Assembly (NCBI GenBank): GCA_041641305.1
Contig: JBEPYN010000001.1
Location: 448,001-512,000, forward strand
Origin: Nitrososphaerota archaeon
GTDB taxonomy: Archaea; Thermoproteota; Nitrososphaeria_A; Caldarchaeales; Caldarchaeaceae
Reading direction: 5' to 3'
Length of the DNA stretch: 64,000 bases
A program made the translations under genes and the position numbers. Each line of letters begins with the position of its first letter. Positions within the stretch are counted from its first letter, which is position 1. Below the pieces are notes generated by a model. It saw only the letters and a list, made by a program, of their open reading frames with translations. It was not told where the DNA came from and did no database searches. Of the stretch, positions 8,526-18,314 are shown piece by piece.

Positions 8526-9890
8526 TTAAAACACATCCATAGCCCTACCCTGAACAGGCATCTCGGCAACGGGCCTCAAGCCAGAGTTGTTTAGAAGGTG
8601 CTTCATCATCTCAGGCTTATGGGTGTGTACCGGGATAACCTTCCGCGGCCCAATTTCTTCGATTATTTTTAGGAGGTCTTTTTGCGGAGCGTGTCCAGAG
8701 GAGTGTATGTGTTCATAGCGGAGGTTGAGGAGGTTTACCCAGTTATGTATCCGGTCTTCTTCGAGCATCTGCTCCTCCGAATGGGCCTCGCTCGTTGACA
8801 GTATGAAAGGTGAGCCCGCCGCGGGCGCTATGTCGCTCAGCTTGATGATGTCCTCGGCCCTGCTTAAAACGAGCAGATACTTTTTCTGTTCTCGCCTTAT
8901 CTCCTCGTCTCCGACGGTTGGTATTCGGTCTATTAGCTCGGTTTGCCAGCTCGGGTAATCTGTTTTGGAGTATGTGCCTGTGCGTCTCCTCTCGAGGAAG
9001 GCTGCCAGCTTGTCGTCCCTTAGCTCGGGGATGTTCATCCGGGCTCCTCCTGTTTTGAGTGTGGTCAGCAGGTTGGCGTGGTGGAGAGAGATTGCGACGA
9101 CGCGGTCAAAGTCTTCGGCTATGCTCAGAACGCTGTTGAGCCTGTCAAAATCCATCATCGCCACGACTACCGAAACAAGCTTATCACCCGCCTTCGATAA
9201 GACACGGGCCAACTCTTTTTTCACATCACTCTCAGAAGAGACATCTGTTTCATCCAACCGCGTCCCCTCGATGACAAGGGTCTCGACATTCATCTTCACA
9301 CATTTCTCCACAAAGTCATGTGTCATCTCGGCCTTGGGCCCATGCATTCGAAGGTCTCCCGTGTATGCGAGGACTCCTTCACCAGTCTCTATAACAAGGC
9401 CGTAGGCGGCCGGGATGCTGTGGTCCACGTGAACAGGGTGTATTACGACATCCTCGAAAACCAGCCTCGACCCCGTGCGGAAAACTTCTACAGGATGGTT
9501 CTCGTTCTTGTTGAACAGGTTTTCGGGCGACTTCTGCTTGGTTGTCTCCCGTGCTTTTATAAGAAGCCTAGTAGTCTCACCCATGTAGAGAGGTATGTCT
9601 GGACGCAAAAGTGAAGCATGTCCATAGTGGTCAAGGTGACCGTGGGTTATTACGACGGCTTCGGCGAAGGCTGTGCCGTCTTTTTCGTAAAGTCCTTTTA
9701 AAGCGGGTAAGACGCCTGTGGCCACGTAGTCTCTGACGAGGGCGAATCGCCGTGGTTGGAGAAAGGTGCTGAAAAACCTGCTTCTTGTGGTAAAGTCGAC
9801 TCCGAAGTCGAGGAATACACGGCGCCGGCCCTCCAGAAGTATTTTGTTTCCACCTATTTGCCCTGCTCCGCCGTAGACCGTCAGCTTCAA
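8526..9890 (-). CDS. MBL-fold/beta-CASP hydrolase, RNase J-like (COG0595-type)
   Basis: GGAGQIGGN, THGHLDH, VDHSIP, YTGDLR, HSSGHA, PVHT. Confidence 0.8.
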   Translation of the reverse strand: MKLTVYGGAGQIGGNKILLEGRRRVFLDFGVDFTTRSRFFSTFLQPRRFALVRDYVATGVLPALKGLYEKDGTAFAEAVVITHGHLDHYGHASLLRPDIPLYMGETTRLLIKARETTKQKSPENLFNKNENHPVEVFRTGSRLVFEDVVIHPVHVDHSIPAAYGLVIETGEGVLAYTGDLRMHGPKAEMTHDFVEKCVKMNVETLVIEGTRLDETDVSSESDVKKELARVLSKAGDKLVSVVVAMMDFDRLNSVLSIAEDFDRVVAISLHHANLLTTLKTGGARMNIPELRDDKLAAFLERRRTGTYSKTDYPSWQTELIDRIPTVGDEEIRREQKKYLLVLSRAEDIIKLSDIAPAAGSPFILSTSEAHSEEQMLEEDRIHNWVNLLNLRYEHIHSSGHAPQKDLLKIIEEIGPRKVIPVHTHKPEMMKHLLNNSGLRPVAEMPVQGRAMDVF

Positions 9891-9991
9891 CGGCGGGTAG
9901 ATGCGGCGCTTCCGTAAATTCTTTGCATCAGATATGCCGGTGTTGGTGTTGCGTCTTTAAATAACGGCGTTATACCCACATACCCAGAAAC

Positions 9992-10765
9992 ATGGAGCTG
10001 AAAATCGTCAACCTACACGCCAGCGTAGAAGGCAAACAAATTCTGAAAGGCGTTAACCTTACGGTAAGAGAAGGGGAGATACATAGCTTGATGGGCCCCA
10101 ACGGCTCGGGAAAAAGCACCCTCGCAGCAGTAATCATGGGTCATCCCAAATACACCGTTGACGAAGGAGACATACTTCTCAACGGCGAAAGCATAATCGA
10201 CCTATCCCCCGACCAGCGGGCGCGTAAAGGCCTTTTCCTCGCCTTTCAATACCCTGTCGAGATATCGGGCGTGACTTTGGCTAACTTTCTCCGCAGAGCC
10301 TACATCAACATGAAATATGGCGGCGACGCTGACAAGACGAAAATAAGCGTTCCCGAATTCCAGAAGCTTCTAAAGGAGAAGATTGAGATGCTTAAGCTTG
10401 ACCCTAACATCGCGAGACGCTACCTCAACGAAGGCTTCTCGGGTGGAGAGAAAAAACGCTGCGAAATCCTCCAGATGGCCATCCTCTCCCCCCGTATAGC
10501 TGTCCTCGACGAAACTGATTCCGGCCTCGACATAGACGGTGTTAAGATTGTGGCTGAGGGTGTGAGAACCATATCCGCTGAGACGGGAATGGGTGCTCTT
10601 GTAATCACGCACTACCAGAGAATACTCAACTACTTGAAGCCTGACGTTGTTCACGTGATGTATGGCGGCAGGATTGTTGAGACAGGGGGCTATGAGCTGG
10701 CCCAGCTCCTCGAGGAGAAGGGATACAGCATCATAGAGGAGAAATATGGGCCGGTCAGCGGCTGA
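9992..10765 (+). CDS. sufC: Fe-S cluster assembly ATPase SufC
   Basis: GPNGSGKST, LAFQYPVEI, NEGFSGGEKKR, LDETDSGLDID, ITHYQRIL; TATA TTTAAATA about 30 nt upstream. Confidence 0.95.
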   Translation: MELKIVNLHASVEGKQILKGVNLTVREGEIHSLMGPNGSGKSTLAAVIMGHPKYTVDEGDILLNGESIIDLSPDQRARKGLFLAFQYPVEISGVTLANFLRRAYINMKYGGDADKTKISVPEFQKLLKEKIEMLKLDPNIARRYLNEGFSGGEKKRCEILQMAILSPRIAVLDETDSGLDIDGVKIVAEGVRTISAETGMGALVITHYQRILNYLKPDVVHVMYGGRIVETGGYELAQLLEEKGYSIIEEKYGPVSG

Positions 10766-11486
10766 TGCTGGGCAGTGATATCCTCGCTCTCACGGCCTTG
10801 TATATCGGTATAGCGACAGCCGACCCCACGACGACCTGGCCGATGTTCAGCGGCACCTCAGCCGCCGGAACGATATCCGGCAAAACCCCCAAAACCACAG
10901 CCAGAGTCTCATACAGGAAGTATCCGGCCACCATGACAAGTCCAGCCAACAGAAGCGACCCCACAAGCCAGGCCTCATGCTCCTTACGCCTAAACACGTA
11001 ATAGGCTGGTACGGCAGAGCCGAGAAGCGCCAAAAGAACCCACGTTCCGGGGTTGACCGCCAACTGGAAACTCTCGCCAGTGTAGAGAGTTATCTCCACT
11101 ATTCCGCTCATCAGTAAGATGCCTACGGAAACGAGAATTCCAAAGTATAGTCCAACAACTATAGCTGATAGGAGTAGAGCGTTTGCGAAAGAAACTTTGC
11201 TCAGCCTCCTAAACAACACAGCAGCAGCAGCTCCCTCGGCTGCTTTTATCAGCAGAGTCCCGGGTGCGAAAGCCGTGTAGCCCAGCAGGACATCCGCCAG
11301 AGCCGAGCCAACTCCCCCAGCGAAGGCGCCGACAACAGGGCCGCCGACTAACGCAGCTAGATAAACCATAGTCTCTCCGAGGTTGAAGTATCCGCGTGTA
11401 AGCGGAAAGTATACGCTGAGAACCATCGTTGCGGCGGCAACCAACGCCGTGAAAACAACGAGCAAAGCAACCTCGGACGATTTCAT
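10755..11486 (-). CDS. ECF transporter substrate-specific (S) component
   Basis: GYFNLGETMV, GGVGSALADVLLGY..FAPGTLLIK; multi-TM. Confidence 0.85.
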   Translation of the reverse strand: MKSSEVALLVVFTALVAAATMVLSVYFPLTRGYFNLGETMVYLAALVGGPVVGAFAGGVGSALADVLLGYTAFAPGTLLIKAAEGAAAAVLFRRLSKVSFANALLLSAIVVGLYFGILVSVGILLMSGIVEITLYTGESFQLAVNPGTWVLLALLGSAVPAYYVFRRKEHEAWLVGSLLLAGLVMVAGYFLYETLAVVLGVLPDIVPAAEVPLNIGQVVVGSAVAIPIYKAVRARISLPSISR

Positions 11487-11517
11487 GATAAGAGTTCAGC
11501 GTTTCAGGTTATAAATA

Positions 11518-12060
11518 TTATGCGTCATCGCCCAAAACGATTCTGAAGGGGCGAGGGTTTTGGATTACATTCTCAACCTCCCTACGCAGATGATCGATGG
11601 AGATGCCGTGATAGCTTTTTGGAGCGTTGCTTAACGCTTTGAGCGCCCTGCGTAGAATAGACTTGAATCCTTTAACATCATTTTTCTGAAGGTGGACGTA
11701 GGCTGCAGCGGTCAGTATCACTCCATGTAAGATGTCTTTCTCGGGTGGCTTGGATTGTCTCCAGAGGGGTTCAAGAGTTTCATGGGCTTCCCAGAATCTT
11801 TCGCTGTTGAAGAGTGCAACGGCTTTTTCGACCGTATTCGGCGGCGCTGACGCAGTTTTCTCTGTCAACTCAATTATTTCCATAACCTCTTCATCAAGTA
11901 GCTGCGGCCGTGTCTCGCTCAGTATGTCAACCTCTATGTGGTTTGTGGCGACTCTAACGTCCACGACCCTGAGACCCTTTGCACGGAAGGCTTCTTTGAG
12001 GTGTCGGGCATCGGCTGGGCTGTAGCCTCTGTTCCTAACCAGTGCCAGAAACCGCCTCAT
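11518..12060 (-). CDS. DUF309 family protein
   Basis: LFNSERFWEAHETLEPLW motif; start set to ATG overlapping cutA stop. Confidence 0.85.
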   Translation of the reverse strand: MRRFLALVRNRGYSPADARHLKEAFRAKGLRVVDVRVATNHIEVDILSETRPQLLDEEVMEIIELTEKTASAPPNTVEKAVALFNSERFWEAHETLEPLWRQSKPPEKDILHGVILTAAAYVHLQKNDVKGFKSILRRALKALSNAPKSYHGISIDHLRREVENVIQNPRPFRIVLGDDA

Positions 12061-12368
12061 CCCCCCGTGGTCTCCAATACCCATTCCAGATATTTTGTGT
12101 TAACTTTCTCAGGGGCGAGCTCGATGATGGCTGGAACTCGGTAGGGATGCTCCATTTCCAGCACTTTCCGCAGTTCATCAGCTTTTGCTGAGCTTGTTTT
12201 GATGATGAGCAGAGCCTCCTCCACCTGGTTTAGCCGATTTTCCCAGAAGAAGAAGGAATCTACGTGTGCAACGTTTATGCTTGCGGCTAGCCTTCGTGCT
12301 ACGAGGCTTCTACACCATGACACATAGTCTCTATCTCTTGGGTAGGTGACTAGAAACAGGCGCAGCAT
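12057..12368 (-). CDS. cutA: Divalent-cation tolerance protein CutA
   Basis: LVARRLAASIN, FFWEN, EALLIIKT, HPYRVPAII. Confidence 0.88.
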   Translation of the reverse strand: MLRLFLVTYPRDRDYVSWCRSLVARRLAASINVAHVDSFFFWENRLNQVEEALLIIKTSSAKADELRKVLEMEHPYRVPAIIELAPEKVNTKYLEWVLETTGG

Positions 12369-12452
12369 AGCATAAAGAGGGCTGGCGGGAATAAAGCGTT
12401 ACTCCATAGGTGAGACTAAAATTATTGCAAATCGCTTGAAGTAGGCAAGGAT

Positions 12453-14366
12453 ATGTTGCCTCTGGCTCCATGGCTGGCATGGGTCATCCCTCTTCTCGGC
12501 AGCCTCCTTGTCCCAGTTTTCTTCAAAGCCGGTAAACGTGTAGGAGAAATTTACTCTGTGGCGGTCGCTTTCCTCGCCGCGGCCTTCAGCCTCTCCATGA
12601 TTCCCGACGTGTATGGCGGAAAATATTCCCAAGTCATAAGAGTGCCATGGATACCGCTTGGCGGGGACAGGTTCATCGAGGCAAGCCTCTTAGTCGACCC
12701 GCTGAGCGTCTTGATGGCCTCAATAGCGACGGGAATAGGCTCTCTCATAGTGTTGTACAGCGTCGGATACATGGCTCATGAGGAAGGCCTTCCACGATAC
12801 TACTTCTACATGCTCTTCTTCATAGGCGGCATGACTCTTCTCGTGATGTCGGAGAACCTGCTGATGCTCTACATAGGCTGGGAAATCGTCGGCCTCTGCA
12901 GCTATGGCCTCATCAGCTTCTACAACAAAAGACCGGAGGCTAACCACGCGGGCATCAAAGCATTCGTCACCACGAGAGTAGGAGACGCGTCGATGCTTGT
13001 AGGCATCCTCATCCTCTTCGCCTTGTTCGGCACCTTCAGCTACAGCGGACTGAGCGAGGAAATAGCCGAGGGCCTGAGAGCGGGTGTTGTCTCGGCTGGC
13101 TTCCTCGTCATACCGTTTCTCCTCCTCTTCGGCGGCGCCGTGGGCAAGTCAGCCCAGTTCCCGCTCCATGTGTGGCTGCCCGACGCGATGGAGGGTCCGA
13201 CACCCGTTTCAGCACTGATCCACGCCGCCACCATGGTCAAAGCCGGTGTATACCTAGTAGCTAGAATGATTTATACGGTGATACCTTTTGAGGAGTTTCC
13301 GCCCGCATTGTTCGCTGACTGGTATCTGGTTGTGGCGACAATCGCAGGTTTCACGGCGTTCTTCGCGGCGACGATGGGCCTCGTTTCGAATGACATCAAG
13401 AGGGTGATTGCGTATTCAACGATAAGCCAGCTAGGCTTGATGCTCGCGGCGCTTGGCATGGGCTCCGAGATAGGGTTGTTCGGGGGAACTTTTCATCTGC
13501 TTAGCCATAGCATCTTCAAGGCCCTTCTTTTCCTCGCCGCTGGAGCGGTTATCCACACGGTTCACACGAACAACCTCGATGAAATGGGTGGGCTGAGGCA
13601 AAAAATGCCCATAACATTCTGGACCTCGACCGTCGGGGTGTTGTCTCTTTCAGGAGTTCCTCTGCTAAGCGGTTTCTGGAGCAAAGACCTCGTCATAGAA
13701 TCCTCTTTGCAGGCCCTCAACATCCCCGTCTACCTCTTCATCACAGGCGCCTCAATACTCACTGTCGCCTACAGCCTCCGCTGGCTCTATAAAGTATTCC
13801 TCGCACCGGCGAGCAACAGCCACCATAATCATGTCCACGAAGCACCAAATGTCATGACAATACCGCTCATCGTACTAGCGGCACTGTCGGTTTTCATAGG
13901 CGTGACTGGCCCATTCTTCGAGGAAGAGTTTCACCACTACCTAGGATTACACGGCGAAATAGGTGTAAGCCTAACCACCTACGCCTCCACAGCGGCTATC
14001 CTCGCCCTTGGCGGGGGTCTCGGCTACCTATACTACCTCGGCGGCGTCAGAGACCCAGCTGCCATTAGGCAATCTGGCTTAGGGGCAACTCTGCACAGAC
14101 TGCTTGAAAACCGCTACTACATAGACGCCTTCTACTACAAAGTGTTCGTCAACGGCCTCGTCGCGCTCGGTTCCATCATCTACCGCTTCATAGAGGTGAA
14201 GGTGATAGACGGCTTCAACTACTTCATCTCACGCGCTACCGTGGCCTTCGTCCAAGTATTCCGCAACATCCAGACAGGCCAAAGCAACATCAACATCAGC
14301 GGCCTCATCCTAGGACTGGCAATTCTACTCATTCTCCTACTCAGGATATTCTTTGGCCTCAGCTAG
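12453..14366 (+). CDS. nuoL: NADH-quinone oxidoreductase subunit L (antiporter-like)
   Basis: GWEIVGLCSYGLI, KAFVTTRVGD, GKSAQFPLHVWLPDAMEGPTPVSALIHAATMV, AYSTISQLG, HSIFKALLFL. Confidence 0.93.
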   Translation: MLPLAPWLAWVIPLLGSLLVPVFFKAGKRVGEIYSVAVAFLAAAFSLSMIPDVYGGKYSQVIRVPWIPLGGDRFIEASLLVDPLSVLMASIATGIGSLIVLYSVGYMAHEEGLPRYYFYMLFFIGGMTLLVMSENLLMLYIGWEIVGLCSYGLISFYNKRPEANHAGIKAFVTTRVGDASMLVGILILFALFGTFSYSGLSEEIAEGLRAGVVSAGFLVIPFLLLFGGAVGKSAQFPLHVWLPDAMEGPTPVSALIHAATMVKAGVYLVARMIYTVIPFEEFPPALFADWYLVVATIAGFTAFFAATMGLVSNDIKRVIAYSTISQLGLMLAALGMGSEIGLFGGTFHLLSHSIFKALLFLAAGAVIHTVHTNNLDEMGGLRQKMPITFWTSTVGVLSLSGVPLLSGFWSKDLVIESSLQALNIPVYLFITGASILTVAYSLRWLYKVFLAPASNSHHNHVHEAPNVMTIPLIVLAALSVFIGVTGPFFEEEFHHYLGLHGEIGVSLTTYASTAAILALGGGLGYLYYLGGVRDPAAIRQSGLGATLHRLLENRYYIDAFYYKVFVNGLVALGSIIYRFIEVKVIDGFNYFISRATVAFVQVFRNIQTGQSNINISGLILGLAILLILLLRIFFGLS

Positions 14367-15708
14367 AAACCTTGATAACGAAGACACATTTTTTACCGCC
14401 TTTACTACTGCACTCCAGCTCCGAAACCTCAACACCCGTCCTAAACACTGCCTTCGCAGCACCCTTGAGCACGTGTGAAAATGTTTCCATACAGTGGCCC
14501 GGGTTCTCGAAGGCGTCTAATTCACAGCACACAGGGCAGCTCTTCACCTCCATCACATACATAGTTGACGATTTTTTCTTAACATCAGCCTTCAACCCAA
14601 GATGGCGCCTCAATATCTTCTCTAACAACGCCTCAAACGATATGCTCTCTATGTTAGCGTATGCATATGCTGTGAGGCGTGCGTAGAGCTGGCGCAGATA
14701 GCCCAAAGTGTTGTCAAGCTTCATATCTTTATTCATATCGTAGGTAAGGTTGAGATAATCTATAACCGTCTCAGCCAGCTCCTCAAACCCTGCCGTGAAA
14801 ACAACCGCGAGCTTTTGCCCATAGTTCCCCACTTTTTCATGGAGAAATGACTTGTCAACCGGAATAGCTACAAACTTGACGACGCCCAGATCATACAGAA
14901 TCCCGAGGCTCTTTAACACATCGTCAACCTCGTCCCAGAAGGCGTCCGCAACCCAGCTTAGGCTCCAGCCCGAAACCTCTCTCAACAGGAAATAGTGGTT
15001 GATAGATGTTTTACCGGCGTATTTACCTGTGAAAACAACCTTTACCCCTTCACCCGATACAAGCAACTGCCTTATCCTTGCCATCGCAGATTCGGGAGTC
15101 TGCACCTCAGGCCTTATCAACAGTTTACCATCTGTGATGACGTATGAGACTGGCTTGAGGTTGTATCTTTCGTCCGACAGCCTGATAGGTGTAAAGGTTG
15201 TTTCATAGCCGGCTGGCTTTTTCTCGACGTTCAACTCAATAGCTCCATCAACTATTGAGAGCAGCTTTCTCTCAAAATCTGTGAAAGTATGCTTAGGGAT
15301 GATGAAGAACTCAAGATGCCCGTTTCTCCTTATCTCGTCCAACCAGAAATTAATCATCCTCAGGACGTTTTCTTCACCATGTTTTACCAAGATGTCGGGG
15401 AGATAGAGATGTAGGAGAATCATAGGTTGATGCGTTTTCCTTACGGTGTTCACCTGTATGGAGAGAGACTGAAGATTGTCGACCTCTACTTGGAGAACGT
15501 TCCTGCTTTGGGAAGAACCGCGCGGCGAAATTATTTCTATGATAGGCGAGCTCTGGAACAATGTCTGGATGAAATTTCTTCCCTCAGCGAAACTTTCATC
15601 CAGTACAAGGACAGCTGCGCCAGCATTAAACTTCACAATCTCGTCGAACTCTTTGTTACCGGTCTTGAACAGCTCCCCCATGCCGGGGCGCTGCTTTTCA
15701 CCACTCAA
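14359..15708 (-). CDS. Degenerate KaiC/RecA-like ATPase domain fused to C-terminal V4R domain
   Basis: N-terminal KTGNKEFDE..GAAVLV, LLSIVDGAIEL; Walker A replaced by DESFAEGR; C-terminal CPVC..HC..LKG..EVSELECSSKGGKKCVFVI. Confidence 0.65.
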   Translation of the reverse strand: MSGEKQRPGMGELFKTGNKEFDEIVKFNAGAAVLVLDESFAEGRNFIQTLFQSSPIIEIISPRGSSQSRNVLQVEVDNLQSLSIQVNTVRKTHQPMILLHLYLPDILVKHGEENVLRMINFWLDEIRRNGHLEFFIIPKHTFTDFERKLLSIVDGAIELNVEKKPAGYETTFTPIRLSDERYNLKPVSYVITDGKLLIRPEVQTPESAMARIRQLLVSGEGVKVVFTGKYAGKTSINHYFLLREVSGWSLSWVADAFWDEVDDVLKSLGILYDLGVVKFVAIPVDKSFLHEKVGNYGQKLAVVFTAGFEELAETVIDYLNLTYDMNKDMKLDNTLGYLRQLYARLTAYAYANIESISFEALLEKILRRHLGLKADVKKKSSTMYVMEVKSCPVCCELDAFENPGHCMETFSHVLKGAAKAVFRTGVEVSELECSSKGGKKCVFVIKVSS

Positions 15709-15874
15709 CTCTCTAGAAGATAGATTAGTCTATCCTTAATAAGTGTGCGGGGCCACGTTAGTGATTCATTGACTGTCACGAGCCGCCTAAAGGGCGTAAT
15801 GCGGAAAAACGTAGACATGGTTGCGGAGGTTTGGCCAAGCTTGCGAGGAGAGGCTTAGCATTATATTGTAGTTT

Positions 15875-17377
15875 TTGGCTGGATGGATGATGCTGCCCGG
15901 TACACAGCTTGATGTTCCGCTTCTATCGCTCGCAGTCTTTCTCCCCATAGCGATGACACCATTTGTGTATCTGGTGGGTAAAGTGGCTTCTTGGAGGGCA
16001 GCCTATGTCTTTTCCTCAGTCGTTCTGTTCATTCCCTTGGTTGTTTTTCTCAGCCTCACGCCCATGGTGTTAAGTGGGCAGGGGTTCTACGAGGAGTATG
16101 AATGGGTGCCGTTTCTCGGCCTCAACGTTGGACTTGTGCTCGACAACCTCAGCTACCCATTCATCCTACTCATAACTCTGGTCGGCTTCCTCGCGACAGT
16201 TTACTCGGGAAAATACATGGAGAAAGAACATGGCTTAACAGCCTACTTCACGCTCTTGACGCTCTTTGTCGGCGGAATGATAGGCGTCGTACTCGTCTCA
16301 AACCTTTTTCTCTTCTACATCTTCTGGGAACTGATGCTCATTCCCTCATACGCGTTGATAGCGTACTGGGGCACGGGTAACCCGAGGCTGATAGGCTTCA
16401 AGTACTTCATATTCACTCACGCGGGCGCGCTCTCTCTGCTTATAGGCATAGCTTGGCTCGCCGCGGTCTTCGGCGACCTAAACATCTTCTCCCTCTCCCA
16501 AAAAGCTCTGCAAGCCTCCGAGACACTTCGCCCTGTTCTCACATCTATAGCCGTGTTGATTTTCATCGGGGCTGCTGTTAAGATGGCTGTTTTCCCCTTC
16601 CACACCTGGCTGCCCGACGCACACGCTGAAGCGCCCACACCGATCAGCGTCCTCCTTAGCGGTGTGATGATCAAAACCGGTGTCTACGCGGTGGCTAGAC
16701 TCGTCCTCGGAATAATGCCTTTCACCATGGTGGACCTCAGGCTGCCCGTGGCCGTTCTGGCTCTCGTAAGCATGGTTTGGGGCGGTGTGATGGCCCTTGT
16801 GCAGACAGATGTTAAGCGGCTGCTCGCCTACAGCAGCATAAGCCAAATAGGATACATAGTTTTCGGGCTTTCTGCGGCAAACCTCGCCGGTGTACAGGGA
16901 GCGCTGTTCCATGTACTCAACCACGGCTTCGCCAAAAGCCTCCTCTTCATGGCCGCCGGTGTCCTCATCCACGAGGTCCATGAGAGAGACATCCGCAAGC
17001 TCGGCGGCCTCAGCTCAAAAATGCCCCTGACAACAATAGCCATGCTCGTCGGCGGCCTCTCGATAGCGGGCACACCCCCATTAGGCGGATTCATGAGCGA
17101 GTGGATGATATTTGCCGGAGGAGTCGAGGCGGGATGGAACATATTCGTGGCGGTTGCGGTATTCGCCACAGCTATCACCGCTGGATACTATCTGAGAATG
17201 ATCAGAGCTGTTTTCTTCGGCGAAGGAGCTGTCGAGGGCAGAGACCCGGGAGCCTTGATGGCTGCGCCCATGTCCCCTCTACTTGCCCTGGTCATCGTGT
17301 TAGGTTTCCTCGCATCACCAATACTCGCTGTAGTAGGCGAAGGAGCAGCGGCCCTAGTGCTAAATGTGCTACCTTAG
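15875..17377 (+). CDS. nuoM: NADH-quinone oxidoreductase subunit M-like
   Basis: FYIFWELMLIP, VKMAVFPFHTWLPDAHAEAPTPISVLLSG, AYSSISQIG, FMSEW. Confidence 0.85.
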   Translation: MAGWMMLPGTQLDVPLLSLAVFLPIAMTPFVYLVGKVASWRAAYVFSSVVLFIPLVVFLSLTPMVLSGQGFYEEYEWVPFLGLNVGLVLDNLSYPFILLITLVGFLATVYSGKYMEKEHGLTAYFTLLTLFVGGMIGVVLVSNLFLFYIFWELMLIPSYALIAYWGTGNPRLIGFKYFIFTHAGALSLLIGIAWLAAVFGDLNIFSLSQKALQASETLRPVLTSIAVLIFIGAAVKMAVFPFHTWLPDAHAEAPTPISVLLSGVMIKTGVYAVARLVLGIMPFTMVDLRLPVAVLALVSMVWGGVMALVQTDVKRLLAYSSISQIGYIVFGLSAANLAGVQGALFHVLNHGFAKSLLFMAAGVLIHEVHERDIRKLGGLSSKMPLTTIAMLVGGLSIAGTPPLGGFMSEWMIFAGGVEAGWNIFVAVAVFATAITAGYYLRMIRAVFFGEGAVEGRDPGALMAAPMSPLLALVIVLGFLASPILAVVGEGAAALVLNVLP

Positions 17378-17387
17378 CTAAACTTGG

Positions 17388-18104
17388 CTAACCTCTTTTC
17401 TCTTGACCCGGGTTTGTTTTGAGCAAGGCTGTGTCGATTTTCTCGAACAGTTCCGGAAAGTTTTCTCTGAAGTAGAGCCTTACCACGTATGCTGTTACCC
17501 CTAATCCGACCAGGCCTGACAATATCATGGCCCACCGTGGATAGAAAAGCGACTCGGTTAGGAATGATGAGATAGCTATCCAGAGGGCAGGAGTTAGTAT
17601 GATGAACAGGGCGACAACCGCTTTAGTCACAAGCATTTTGTCGGCGAGTATTCTGGCTATTGCTGCTGATAGGCCCTCGTGTGTCTCGAGCTCTGAGACG
17701 AGGTCGGGTGAGAGATTGTAGAAGGTTTTACCTATGTTTTCGAAGAGCTGTGGGGTGCTTGCCGCGAAGAGGTCGGGCCTAAGCAAAGCCCTTCTCACAC
17801 CGTCGCGTGTAACAAGGTAGACGCTGTCTCCCTCTACAAACACCCCGAGACCTCTCCTTTTAGCAAACCTCTCGATTTTTGACAGGTTATCTGATGCCGT
17901 GATGTTTGGCACAGGGTTCTTAAGAGCCATGCCGAGGAGAGGGGGTGTTGACGGGATGTATCTATTTACAACAAAGGCGCCGTCCCTGAACTCGGGCATC
18001 TTCTCCATCATCACAGCCTCAGGTACATTTTTGCCAAGCTGCTCCAACACGTGTTTGAAAGCTTTAGAAAAGGCCTCGGACATGATCGCCCAAAACATGT
18101 CCAC
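17388..18104 (-). CDS. Hypothetical membrane protein (two C-terminal TM helices)
   Basis: Long ORF, hydrophobic C-terminus; true start may be ATG at 18083. Confidence 0.7.
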   Translation of the reverse strand: MDMFWAIMSEAFSKAFKHVLEQLGKNVPEAVMMEKMPEFRDGAFVVNRYIPSTPPLLGMALKNPVPNITASDNLSKIERFAKRRGLGVFVEGDSVYLVTRDGVRRALLRPDLFAASTPQLFENIGKTFYNLSPDLVSELETHEGLSAAIARILADKMLVTKAVVALFIILTPALWIAISSFLTESLFYPRWAMILSGLVGLGVTAYVVRLYFRENFPELFEKIDTALLKTNPGQEKRG

Positions 18105-18197
18105 CGTCTATTTAATCGTGACTTTGTCCACCGGCAACCCAATCCTATGGAGAACATGAAAAAACTAAATAAAACATCTCGGCAACTGGTTACACGG

Positions 18198-18274
18198 GCC
18201 CAGGTGGTATAGCCAGGTTAGCATCGCCGGCTGTCGCCCGGCGGACCCGGGTTCAAATCCCGGCCTGGGCGCCA
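18198..18274 (+). tRNA. tRNA-Asp(GTC), CCA encoded
   Basis: Acceptor GCCCAGG/CCTGGGC-G-CCA, anticodon arm GCCGG-CTGTCGC-CCGGC, T-loop GGTTCAAATCC. Confidence 0.97.
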
Positions 18275-18314
18275 ATCATGAACATTTTAATTGCTTCGGA
18301 GGGTATCATAGATC

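Noticed and set aside
15709-15874. Possible sRNA in nuoM upstream region
   Set aside because: No clear C/D boxes or stable stem; explained by divergent promoters
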